In this document: positions 35,757 to 47,765 of the stretch, piece after piece
Numbering within the stretch: position 1 is the first letter of the stretch
Layout: each line of letters begins with the position of its first letter
NCBI GenBank assembly: GCA_010015805.1
Contig: ML978122.1
Span: forward strand, 716,453-780,452
DNA from: Rhizodiscina lignyota
Taxonomy: Eukaryota
Length of the DNA stretch: 64,000 nucleotides
Direction of reading: 5' to 3'
The notes under the pieces: model-generated
What the model was told of the DNA's origin: nothing
The model's database searches: none
Seen by the model: only the letters and a program-made list of their open reading frames with translations
Made by a program: the position numbers and the translations under genes

Positions 35757-37196
35757 CTATTGATGGCCTCGAGAGCCGTTTCTGCTTAGACCCAACTTCA
35801 CGACTACCCATCTCCCAGCCTTGACGCTAGGTTTGTCAAGCAATCTCGTGCTGATCTCTGCCAACGTCAGATTGAGCGGGAGAATAATCATTTGAGCGAT
35901 GATAAACCCCGTCGAGAATCCGCGCGGTCCAATATCTGAAATTTGAAACCTGCCGTCATACCAAGTCGTGAAGTCCTGTCTGACTACGCCGAGAAGACGA
36001 CATACGCGATCCCCCATTGTCCATGCAAACGGAATGTGGATTAGATAAAGCGAGAAGCTTATTCTTCCCAGATATTGCAATGTCGGTCTCTTGAAGAGCG
36101 CTTGCAGCCAATCGAGCTTGAGTACGCCGTAGACAAGCATAACTGATCCGATTGTATTCCAGAAGCGCCAGTATTCGTCGTTGTAGTAGCTTGAAGGAAT
36201 GATCATGGTCATGTAGTACCATCCAGGAGTGTTGTATGAAAGCTCGGGATCTCTGTGACCTGCCGGTTGGCAAATGATCAGCCACCCAAGGAAGAAAGTA
36301 ATGTTGTACACAGCAATTCTTCCTTTATTCGAGAAGTATTTGGACAGCACCACGTTGTCAATACCGTCTAGATCATTCATGGCCAGTGTTCCGCCAGCCA
36401 TGAAGCACGCCATTGACCACTGATGGCCTCCAAACAAGAAGAGGCCTGCGATACCAAAAAGACAAACCCTATGTCTCTGCGGGATGAGAGTGGATAGCGC
36501 GACCAGAACAAATACAAGGATCGAGCCTTTAAACTCATGACTCATCGTCCAAGCCGGTGGATCGTACGGAAACCAGCGTTCGAACATTCCAAGTGTCCCG
36601 AATGGGTTCATCACTCGACAGAGCTCCATGAACCAATTTTTCATCTCTGCCACGAGTGCGCCCCGAGGCTTCGGCCACTCTAGATGTGGCGCAAGTCCAA
36701 ACGGAAGTTGCATAATGAGTGCAAATGCTAAGGATATGCCCGCCAGCGGGATGAACAGTCGCAGTGGACGCCGAATGAACGCAGATGCCAAACCTCGATA
36801 AGTTCCTGACATGTTGCCGCTGCGAAGCGTCCGAAGAGGACCAATGCTGAGCACATAGCCGGAAAGGACGAAGAAGATCGAGACGGAAGCATTGCCTCCA
36901 GTCAATAGACTCCGAATGAACGGCAGTGTCGCGAAATACTTCTCACCATGGTAGCCAAAGCCGTGTTCGAGCTCGCCGTCCAAACCATACCACCATGGTG
37001 TGTTGTGGGACATGTAGACCAGAAATGCAGCAAGTCCACGTAGTCCATCGAGGTAAGCGGTTCGACGCTCGCAATTCTGTAATGATTCGACCTTCTCAAC
37101 ACCGAGTTGCGACGGCCCTTCGTCGTCGAGTTTGTCCCACAACGTTTCCTCAGCAGCCTGCCCGATTTCAAGATCTTCCTCTTTGCACTTCTCCAT
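35757..37196 (-). CDS. Acyltransferase family 3 (OafA-like) membrane protein, intronless
   Basis: RTAYLDGLRGLAAFLV, VSIFFVLSGYVLS, RRPLRL, WTMSHEFKGS and LQYLGRISFSLYLIH. Confidence 0.9.
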   Translation of the reverse strand: MEKCKEEDLEIGQAAEETLWDKLDDEGPSQLGVEKVESLQNCERRTAYLDGLRGLAAFLVYMSHNTPWWYGLDGELEHGFGYHGEKYFATLPFIRSLLTGGNASVSIFFVLSGYVLSIGPLRTLRSGNMSGTYRGLASAFIRRPLRLFIPLAGISLAFALIMQLPFGLAPHLEWPKPRGALVAEMKNWFMELCRVMNPFGTLGMFERWFPYDPPAWTMSHEFKGSILVFVLVALSTLIPQRHRVCLFGIAGLFLFGGHQWSMACFMAGGTLAMNDLDGIDNVVLSKYFSNKGRIAVYNITFFLGWLIICQPAGHRDPELSYNTPGWYYMTMIIPSSYYNDEYWRFWNTIGSVMLVYGVLKLDWLQALFKRPTLQYLGRISFSLYLIHIPFAWTMGDRVCRLLGVVRQDFTTWYDGRFQISDIGPRGFSTGFIIAQMIILPLNLTLAEISTRLLDKPSVKAGRWVVVKLGLSRNGSRGHQ

Positions 37197-37675
37197 GACT
37201 CATTACTCTCCTTCAACCGAAAGTTGAGCTGTTACATGAGAAAGACCTTGCGCGTTGAAGCGTTGACAGCGGGAGCTCAGCCCATGAGCACGGATATAAA
37301 GAAACCACATATAACATGTGACAGAGGATATGCTTCCAGGATGCAGTTTAATTGAAGCCTTACTATCCTGTAGACTTGCCTCGGCCCATTTGCGATGGAC
37401 CAATCACTTTTACATCTTACGTCTTGCCCAAAGCAGTTTAATGTGGCGTCTTAACATAGAAGGCATCGTCCTCGACTGGCTCAGATGAAGTACTATCCTG
37501 CGTGTTTAAGATATTCACCTTGATGAATCATGACGAACACCAAATGGGAAGGGTGTCAAAGTCGGCCGTGAAGCACTTCGGTTAAACTTCGGAAGCAGTG
37601 ATATCAAGCTTCTGCCTCAAGATCACGCAAGCTCTCGAAACCATTTCACTTTCGAATCTTACACCAATCGCAAAG

Positions 37676-38766
37676 ATGGACACAGCTCTAAAAGGGTGGG
37701 GTAAGTCTATATGTGTTTTACATTTCTCTACATGCGTGAATGAATGCTGATGTCTTTTTTAGAGCTCGAAAATACCGTGCAAGTCGTCGATACCCACCGC
37801 GACGCCCTCTACGCTTACTCCTCCGAAGAGCAAAAGGCTATCGGCGAAGCGAAACCCTGGAAAGACGATCCTCATCACTTCAAGAATGTCCGGATATCCG
37901 CAGTCGCCTTGCTCAAAATGGTTATGCACGCTCGGTCTGGTGGCAGCATCGAAGTCATGGGCTTGATGCAAGGCCATATCCAAGGCGACACCATCATCGT
38001 CACCGACGCCTTCCGATTACCTGTCGAAGGTACAGAGACGCGTGTCAATGCACAGGACGAGGCGAACGAATACATGGTGGAGTTTCTGGCGAACGCACGT
38101 GAGGTGGGGCAGTTGGAGAACGCGGTGGGCTGGTATCATAGTCATCCTGGATATGGATGTTGGTTGAGCGGTATCGATGTCAGCACGCAAGCGACGCAGC
38201 AGATGTTCCAGGATCCATTTGTCGCTGTCGTGATTGACCCAGACCGCACAATTTCCGCAGGAAAGGTCGAAATCGGTGCATTCAGAACTTATCCGGAGAA
38301 CTACAAGCCTGAGAACCAGACAGACGGAGATGGCTTCCAGACAATTCCGATGGCGAAAATCGAGGACTTTGGTGCACACAGTAGTCGCTACTACAGTCTG
38401 GAAGTGTCGCACTTCAAGTCGACGCTCGACTCGAAGCTGCTGGAAGCACTGTGGAACAAGTACTGGGTTGGCACATTGTCAAGCAGTCCACTACTGACGA
38501 ACCGAGACTACGGCACGAAGCAAATTGCGGATCTGGCCAGCAAGGTGCGCCAAGCGGAAAAGGCTGCTGCTGCGCATTCAAGAGGCGGACAACATCCGGA
38601 TAGAGGTGCTAATGCGATGGGACAACTGGAGAAGGTGGCACGTGCAGGCAAGAAGATTGCTGCGGAAGAGGAGGCTGGCTTGCTGGCTGGAGAGATCAAA
38701 GAGAAGATCTTCAACCTGAATGGATCATCAATACAAGCCTCTGCCACCGCCGGATCGGCTGGATAA
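37676..38766 (+). CDS. CSN5: COP9 signalosome subunit 5 (JAMM deneddylase), 2 exons
   Basis: [12 protein letters not shown] across intron 37701-37762, [25 protein letters not shown], and JAMM motif [19 protein letters not shown]. Confidence 0.96.
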
Positions 38767-39379
38767 AGAGCACACATGCAATGTATTGTCGCAATGATCG
38801 TCGCTTAACAAACGCAACCAGCTCAATCAAGATCAATAGCGTTAACGACGGAAGCATTCTAAGGACCTGGAGTTCGGTGGGGGCATGGAGTTCTAGGCGA
38901 AACATGGCATCTTGGGGCTCATTGCAAACTTTTAAGCATAGCGTGGCGCCCATATCTTAAATCCTAGAAGTTGACATTTCATAAAGCCCCTTCTATTTGG
39001 TCCACAGACGCTAAATTCTTTCAACTAGGTTTGACCAGCTGATACCACAGCCGTTCGACAAAGAGTTCGTGCATCTAACATTATGCAGACAAGCTGCAAC
39101 CTTTGATCTCTCATGACGTTTTGGCCCGGTTGTTTAGATTCACTGTCTCAAACAATTTGGTTTGTTCCGTTTCAAACGACTTTTCAGATCTGTCTAATGC
39201 CTTTGCCACCCTCTTGCCATTGAACAAACGGGACCAGCGTGAACAAAGTGATTGTGAGCCGGATTGATTTTGTATTTAATGTTTTAACCCGTCCTTTCCA
39301 CCGGCCTCAACTGCTGGTTTCAATCCTCTGGTTTTATTGCAATCTCTCGTCTCCTTTATCAATCTTTACAATTTTCAGC

Positions 39380-42300
39380 ATGGCAAAAGGCGGCAAGATG
39401 AAGAAAGCCGGGCCCTGCGCACGTTGCGGACACGCGAGCCATGGCTATGAAGGCGCGAATTGCACAACCCGGACGATACCGCGGGCGAATCTCTGGCCCG
39501 AATGTCCTCACGATGAACGTGAATGGCGTGAAGACCACCATCAGACTCAGACACAGCGTGGCTGCAAGTACGCCAAGGGCCGCTACATCACCGCCATCCT
39601 CCCCTGGACTGTTGATGAAGCCGCCGAGCCTGCTTTGAAGATGATGGGTGGTCGCGGTGATGTGCAGGGACGTGATGACAGGCAGACAGTCAACCAAATT
39701 CAGCAGTTCACTGCAAAATTGGATCCTATTAAGTCATTGCAACCTTCCGTCGACACAACTTCTGTTCGTCATTTTCGCGCGGGATTTGCAACACATGTGA
39801 CGCAGCCGAAGATGGTTGACACCAATCACTTCATCCTTGCTCTGGATCCAAACATGACGCTCTACGAGTACAACGTTGGAGGCATCGATATCAGTAACCT
39901 GACGCGGCCAAAGAAGAAAGTTTTGATCAATTCATTCATTGATGCATGTCCTGTTCTGGCCAACCGGATGAATTTTGCAACAGACCACATCTCGAAGATC
40001 ATCTCCTGGGTTCCGCTTCACTCTCCGTCTACAGCTGCACCAGCACCCGGAACTACAATCGCATCGGCAACAATCACATCTTACAAATTGGGAATGGCCA
40101 ACTCCGGACAAGCGCTTAATCTTGATCTGAATTTTTCAAGGTCGATTAGCAGCACGGAAATTACCAACCACGTGAACGGTACAGCGAGTCTCACCGATGC
40201 CACCCGCAATTTCTCGAGTGAAAGTGACGCCCTCAAAATCATCATCTTGAAAGCCCTGGAGAGCCCCACGAGCCCCGAGTTTGCGACCATTCGTATGGAT
40301 ACTAAAACCACTAGCACGTTCTTCGGTCATAGAGGATGGAAGGAGCTACCGCCGTATCCGTTGCGCGCCGCAAGAGGCTATTCTCTATCAATCAGACCAG
40401 CCATGGGCAACGTACTAGTTAACATCAAACCCAGTACAAGCCTCTACTACCCTGATTGCTCTGTTGCCGACTTCTTGCAAGCCTACAAGGAGGTCAGCAA
40501 TTATCTTGCGGATGTTCAAGATGTTCTCAAAGGCGTTCGGGTGTACATTACCAGAATTCGCGGCACGACAACAGATCCGGATGCACCGCACAAAGATCAC
40601 GAGCTGAACAAACCAGCACGACGAATTAAAACAATCATGGGGTTTGGAGACGTCCCAGCAAAGGAGACATTTCCGTATGACGGCACAGGACACGTTAATG
40701 GCTCTATCACTGTCAAAGAATACTTCAAGCAAAGTAAGTCCAGAAGCTGAACGCCGCTGTTATAATACAGCTCTAACGATGTTCCAGAGCTCGGTCGCGA
40801 TTTGACGGTGTTGGATTTACCATGTGTGAACGTCAACGGCGGAGCTCAATCGTCATGGTTCCCTCCGGAAGAACTACGTATTCTCCCGTATCAGATCTTC
40901 AAGAAGAAGGCCCCTCCGTCAGTGAGCGGAGAAATGATCAAGGTTGCTGCAAGGAATCCGAGCATCAATCGAATGTTCATACTGGGAGAAGCATTGCCCT
41001 CACTTGGAATTGATAGGACCATGCCTTCTTTGGCATTAGTGAGTTCCTCAAAGCTCAATTCGGTATCCATATGCTAACCCTTCCACCGGCCAACAATATG
41101 CGTACCATTAATGCGAAGATGGTCGAGATTCCATTCTCACATCTCAAAAAGCCACCCATTAACTACGCCGGAGTCCGGATCCAGCTGAATGACAAGGCAC
41201 AATGGCCTCTCACGCACCCAAACGATAGCCAGCAGTCTCTGCAGTTGCATAGACTCGCGGAATCTTCCATCAAGATCTTCGTTCTCTTTGCTCGCAGCAA
41301 TTCCATAAACGAACAAGACCGGAAATACATCGAAGAATTCCGCACTGAGATGCGCTACTATGGCTTTGGATCGCCCGTCTGGCAAGCGTCCCAAACAATG
41401 AACGCTTCCTGGAATGAGTTTGTCGCAAAAAATGCGCTACAGGAAGCCAAACATCTAGGCTGTAACATCGTTATTATGATGGTCAACAAAAAAAATCTCT
41501 CCGCATATGCTCAATTCAAGTCCATGGCCGAAAAGTCTTTTGGAATCAGAACTTTGTGCTTCTCTCGTAAAACTCTCGGAAGATGCTGGTCAAACACATT
41601 GCGGGATTCTGCTGGGAAAATACGCCCCTTGATGCCCTACATGGCAAATATCGCGATGAAGGTGAATCTCAAATTTGGTGGCGTCAATCACGAAGTCGAA
41701 GGCCTTTCAGGTATTCTTGGAAGCACACTTCTACTAGGCGCCGACGTGACTCACCCGGGATCTGGTGCCTTAGACGGAGTTCCTTCAGTTGCTGCCGTGG
41801 TGGGAAACATTGATGCAAGCTGTGGAAGGTTCCTAGGTTCAATGCGCCTACAATCAGACAAGAATGTCGAAGTATGTCTGTGTTCATCTCTCGGCCTTAC
41901 GACTGCTAACGCTTTCAGTTAATCGAAGATTTCCAAAGTATGGTTGAGCAGAGGCTTGTTGCGTACGCTGAACATAACAGCGATATACTGCTCGCGAAAG
42001 TCATCTTCTATCGAGATGGAGTAGGTGATAGCCAATACGAAGCGTTGCGAAACAGAGAAGTCGCCAAGATTCGACAAGCCTACAAGATCCTCCAGCTGAA
42101 ATACCCCAAAAGCGAATCGAGCGTCAAAGTGACCGCGATTGTCGTTGCGAAAAGACATGACGTTCGTTTCTTCCCCAAATCTCAGGATAGCATTCCCGGC
42201 AATGGCAACTGCAAACCGGGCCTCCTCGTTGACACTGGCGTCACATCTCCATACTATATGGACTTATATCTTCAGTCACACAACGGCATCAAAGGAACAG

Positions 42301-42679
42301 CTAAGCCCGCGCACTATATTGTGCTGGAGGATGAGATCGGTTTCTCTGCTGATGACAATCACAATCTCGTGAGTTTGTCTGTAGTCAGAATGATGTTGAG
42401 ATAAAGCTGACAACAAAACAGACGTTCAAGCTCTGCTTTTCCTACACGCGCGCGACTCTCCCTGTGTCATATGCTCCTCCGGCTTACTACGCGGACAGGC
42501 TGTGCGAACGTGGACGCTGCTACTTACGCGAATTCATTGAACCTTCCAGGGGTGCGAGGAACGCAACACGAGCAGAAACCCGGGACCAAGTCATGAGTTC
42601 ATTCAAGTGCGACAGCGCATATAATAATCCAAATGGGCCATGGCATCCAGATCTGAACAACACAATGTTCTGGATGTGA
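39380..42679 (+). CDS. Argonaute (ArgoN-L1-PAZ-L2-MID-PIWI), divergent, about 1020-1030 aa, 5 exons
   Basis: TNHF, RGYSLSIRP, ITVKEYF, LPCVNV...WFPPEELRILPYQ, NIAMKVNLKFGGVNH, LLGADVTHP, IFYRDGVG, AKRHDVRFFP, YLQSHNGIKGTAKPAHY and YTRATLPVSYAPPAYYADRLCERG. Introns 40734-40787, 41039-(41088 or 41118), 41872-41918 and 42369-42421. Confidence 0.93.
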
Positions 42680-43374
42680 AGGGCATATGTTTTGCAGAAC
42701 CATTCACGACAGTCACAAGATCGTAATGTTATTTGGTTTGATTTCTTTCACTTCTTACTCGTGAGTGATATTTTGGCGTTGGTATTAGATTGGATCGGAG
42801 TTTGGGTAGACTGGCTGCTTCAATGGACGATTTAAGTGTGACTGGAATGCGTTTCTTTTCCACCATGATAGATTCAACGAGACTTTACGAGATCCTCTCT
42901 CATAACCCCAATATAAATATCCGTAGTACTGATCTTATTCAAGTACCCCGACACACCTAGTCACGTATACCTGAACGCTCTTAGGAGGTATTTAGGTCGA
43001 GATACTCTTCTTCTGCCGCTTTTACGCGCGTCTGGGGCAATCTATTTCAAGTCCGGTTGCTTGCTCCTACGCCTGGTGTACGCATGTTTGAAGGTCCAAT
43101 TTGAATATCCGTCGTCTCTCTTCTTCAATTTGACTTAGGTTGTTGACATACAGCACGAATACTTGCAGTTGCCGGTCTTCCGCCCTTGCACAGATCGCGC
43201 ATCTTGCACCCAAAATTAACTGAAAGCTGATTTAGCAATGTGATCTGAATGGATCAATTGAATATTGTGATTTCATTACTGTGCCATCGCAGGCAAATTC
43301 AATGGCTCAGTCTTCCAGAGCAAGTACTGCCATTAATCAATAGGCATGAATCATAAGTACACCAGTCTATTCCC

Positions 43375-43855
43375 TTAGATCATAAGACGCTCGACCTTGT
43401 CCTTCAGCGCACGGATCGACGCCATCAGCTCACTAGCCTCATTGCTAGTGATACTGCACGCAATGACAGCGCGGCTCACACCACAGGCCCGACCCAAAGC
43501 CGTCTTGGAGGGCACGAAAACGTACGGCACATTCTATAGACAATTAGCCATTTGCGTTATTACCAGCACAGGTTGTCTTACCTTGTCTTCGCAAAGCAGC
43601 GGGAGGTGGAGGAGGATAGCGAGTGGAGAGGTGTCGGCGGCCATGATGATGAGCTCGGAGATACCGCGGTTGAGGGTTTTGGTCGCTTCGTTGGCCCCCT
43701 TCTTCATTTGGGTGTAGTGGGACGCCTGCTGGACGAGGTCCACTGCCAATAGTCAGTACGATGGATGAAAGTCTGGTGTTAGGTAGCATACAGATTTCCT
43801 GCGTAAGGGCAGCATCGGCAAGAGGCCACGCGGCTGCCTGTTCATCGGTAGGCAT
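43375..43855 (-). CDS. SNU13: Snu13/15.5K kink-turn RNA-binding protein (L7Ae family), 3 exons
   Basis: [78 protein letters not shown]. Confidence 0.96.
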
Positions 43856-44325
43856 GGTGTTGGAAGTGTAGATGTGAGGCTTGGGAATTGTAACGTTCTA
43901 ATGCGTTGCGGTAGACGTTGGACGATGGAGAGTATTTGTCGTGAGAGAGGTAATTATAGCACTACGCTAGATTGAAGCTGGAGGCAGTCGTACCGGGGTT
44001 GCGAAAGGGTTCCTTGCGTTGGCTCGCCCTTTGCGCGTGACGTGATTGATGGTGTTGAAGTGTGACGATGTTCGCGAAATAATAAATTTTGGTGGAGCTT
44101 GGAGCTGCAAATCTTGGCGTGCCGCGTCAGTCACGTGCGCTGCGCAAAGCTTGAGCGGAGGCTTGGCACGGCCAGCTCCAAGTCGACCAGCAACTTCGCT
44201 GCTCTCAACTCCTCGTCATCCATCTACCACCAGCTCAACCCCCATCGACGACGGGCATTACTGCTTTCCCACACGTTCAAGCGACTCCAATCTTTTGATT
44301 ACAGCAGCAAACAACTACCGCAAAG

Positions 44326-45199
44326 ATGTCGTCGGATCTCTGGTGAGTGCAGGCTCCTATCGAGGCATCAATGGTCGAATGCTTTTGCCTACGCCGTGAT
44401 AAGCGGGATAGCTTAAGCACGGCAATCGAAGCTCAGCATACGTCTTGACAACTTCATAATGCATCATAAGCTAACATTCTCTCTCAAACAGTCCCGTCTA
44501 TGCCGTAAGCGACCCTGTTCAACATCGTTGTCCTAAAAAAAGCCACTGCCTAGCGCAACATCTCCAACTCCGACATTGTACCCCGACGTTCATAATATCG
44601 ACCATACTGACTATAAAAAATAGCCCTTCTTTGGTGCGATGGGCTGCACCTCAGCCATCGTCTTCACCTGCTTCGGTGCAGCTTACGGCACGGCCAAGTC
44701 CGGCGTCGGAATCGCAGCGATGGGTGTTCTTCGACCAGACCTGATCGTCAAGAGTACGCCCTATGTATTGTCTCAATGGCATCATGGACCCTGTTTTACT
44801 AACTCCTAGTCCAGACATCATTCCCGTCATTATGGCTGGTATCATCGGTATCTACGGCCTCGTCGTCTCCGTCCTGATCTCCAACGACCTCAAGCAGCAG
44901 ACACCTCTCTTCACCGGCTTCATCCAGCTCGGTGCCGGTCTTGCGGTCGGTCTGGCTGGTCTCGCCGCTGGCTTTGCGATTGGCATTGTTGGTGATGCTG
45001 GTGTGAGGGGTACCGCTCAGCAGCCAAGGCTCTTCGTCGGCATGATCCTGATTCTCATTTTCGCTGAAGTCTTGGGTATGACATTCTACACACTATAAGA
45101 ACGCAATGGACTGTGGTCGGTATTAACAATTGTTCAGGTCTCTACGGACTGATCGTCGCGCTTCTTATGAACTCGCGGACGTCAGACGCCACATGTTAA
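44326..45199 (+). CDS. VMA3: V-ATPase 16 kDa proteolipid subunit c, 5 coding exons including a 13-nt microexon
   Basis: [37 protein letters not shown]...[17 protein letters not shown]...[29 protein letters not shown]. Confidence 0.96.
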
Positions 45200-45624
45200 G
45201 CGCTTCCAGCCAACTTCAAGCGCCTCCTCGAACGCAGCGATTCACCGACAAGTTCCCAATTTCTGAATTCCAGGAGACTCAAATCCAACGGAAGAGATTC
45301 AAACCCCAATCTCTCGATAAGCTCTAATCCCCAGCCATCAAAAACTCATGAGCGAGGCCTACCTCCTAACCATCTCACATAATTCTTGCATCGTCCGCCA
45401 GAAGCTTGGACACGATGTTGTCCCACTTTCTCACTCGTAGATAAATAGGGAGTCACTTTTCTGTCACGGGCAGTTTTCAGCGGCCTCGTTTTGTACGCCT
45501 AGGTGCTTATTGGATGGCGGTAGATGTGCAATACGAACCATTCTGGTCTAAAATTTGTTTCTCGAACATTAATTCTATGGGTATCGTTGTGATTGGTGAT
45601 GGAGATTGCCCCGCCAAACGCATA

Positions 45625-47530
45625 TTATTCCATGCTAAAGTCGAGGCCTGGCCGATCCTCCTCCGCAAGAGCGAGCCAAGCTCTCCATCGCTCGATGCAG
45701 ACATCCTTTCCAAGGATTTTCATCGCGTCCACCACAGGCGCACCGTGCTGCCCGTTCATTAGCGCGAGCCGAATGCAAGTGTATACCGCCTTGGACCCCA
45801 GAAGCTGTGTTTCTTTCTGCAACACGGCAGCATCGCCTTCCAACTCTTCCTCACCTCCTCTCACCTCATCGTCCACGCTGGCATACTCAGAACCAGAGGA
45901 TCGAATATTATAAACCATTTCCGAAACGCTTTTGTCGATCAGCGTTCTGAGATGCTCCACGGTCCACGAGGTGGACGGCAGTTCTTCCAGTTCGTAGCGT
46001 AACTGTTTGAAGATGTCAATGGCGCCGGGAGGGACCGTGGAGAGGATCTCGTCTGCACGCTCGCGCGAGAGGGGGAAGTCGTAGAAGAAATAGGAGTTGG
46101 AGTGGACAAATGTGCCCGGAGTGGAGTAGTTCTTTGCGTCAGCTTGGAGGACATCGAAGACATAGGTGCGTAGTTGATCGTTTGAGAACTGTTCGTAAAT
46201 GGGACGGTGTGAGGCGAATTTACTGTGGGACTATGTTAGTTGCTTCATCCCATTGCAAGGTTTGATATGAATCAAAGCTACGGCAGAAAATCAATTCAAC
46301 TTACTAGTCATGAAACTGGGAGTCTTTCACCTCAGCAACAACATCATTAACCAACTCCTCAATATAGTGACCACCGCGTTTTATCCGCGCCATAGCATGA
46401 TGTCGCTGCATCCAGTCAAGCTTCCCCAGGTTCACAGTCGCATTTCCCTTCGTCCATCTCATATCGAACACTTCAGTAAGCTGCTTCATCTGCATGAGGT
46501 CACTACGTCCCTGCGTCCTTGACCAGCCCAACAACGCGACGAAATTAACCAGCGCTTCGGGTAGGATCCCTCGCTCCCTGTAACTCGCAATGTCGATATC
46601 GCCCCTTCGCTTGCTCAGCTTCGCTCCATTCTCGTCTAAGAGCAGTCCGACGTGCGCGAATTGAGGGGGTGTCCAGCCGAAGGCGTCATACATGGCGAGA
46701 TGCTTCGGGGTCGCGATCATCCACTCCGTACCTCTAATCACATGTGTGATTTTCATATGATGATCGTCTACCACGTTCGCGAGATGGTAGGTTGGCAGTC
46801 CGTCGCTCTTCAGGAGAATCGGGTCATCGTATGCGTAGTCTAGATGTCGGTTGCTCTTGACTGCATTCTTGCCAACTTTGCCATATACTATGTCGATGTA
46901 CTCGGGATATACGTCCGGCGAGCGGAGGCGTATGACATGTGCGTCGCCTCTGCTGGCACGGTCGTCGGATTCTTCCTGCGGTATTGAGGCACAGGTGCGG
47001 TCGTAGTCTGTTGGTAATCCCACTTTTGCACGTTGTGCCGCAAGCTCGTTCAGCCTTTCTGGACTGCAGAAACAGCGATACGCATGCCCCGACTCCACGA
47101 GCTTGTGTGCGTGTTCTTGGTACAATTCTGTCCGCTCAGACTGTCTATATGGACCGTATGGCCCTCCAACTTCTGGCCCTTCGTCCCATTGCAGACCAGC
47201 CCATCGTAGGTCCTCAAATAGCCGCTGCTCTGCATCAGGTATTGTCCGTCTCTTGTCCGTGTCTTCTATACGCAACAGAAATTGTCCTCTTGTTCTCTGA
47301 GCGAGGAGATAATTAAACAACGCGGTTCGAAGTGACCCTAGATGTAGATATCCCGTCGGCGAAGGCGCGAATCGAGTTCTCGCTGGTTCGGGAGGCACGA
47401 GGACCTTCGTCTTTCTCCCATGGTGAGCAGTCCTTCGTGATATTGGTGGAACGGTGATTCGGCGGTTCCGAAGTAGATTCGCCCTACATGATCGACATAC
47501 AAAGCCTCCCAGGGAAGCTGTCGAGAACAT
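45625..47530 (-). CDS. MSE1: Mitochondrial glutamyl-tRNA synthetase, 2 exons
   Basis: Arg-rich presequence, ARTRFAPSPTGYLHLGSLRTAL, LLRIEDTD, YHLANVVDDHHMKITHVIRGTEW and KLSKR. Intron 46304-46223. Confidence 0.94.
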
Positions 47531-47765
47531 TCTCCAATATACGATTAGGATTGACGCGTTGATGCGCGTCATTCGTGCAACTTTTTTGACGATTGGACCG
47601 GAGTTGAGCCGGCGCGAATGCAAAGGTCGAGTCCTTCACTTTTCATTCGCCTTCTCCTTCACTGCTTCTTCTGGAGCCTCAAAGAGGCCAAACCGAAGAT
47701 CTTTTCTTGTATATATTTCCGGCAGCTTTCCCTGGGCTACGGAAACATCACCATCGCTTTTCAAG

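Noticed and set aside
39202..39210. Rpn4/PACE site (reverse complement of GGTGGCAAA) upstream of the Argonaute
   Set aside because: A single 9-mer is expected roughly 0.5 times by chance in 64 kb counting both strands, and there is no supporting context.
39239..39379. N-terminal extension of the Argonaute in the ORF track
   Set aside because: It has a GTG start and pyrimidine-rich UTR-like sequence; the first ATG is at 39380.
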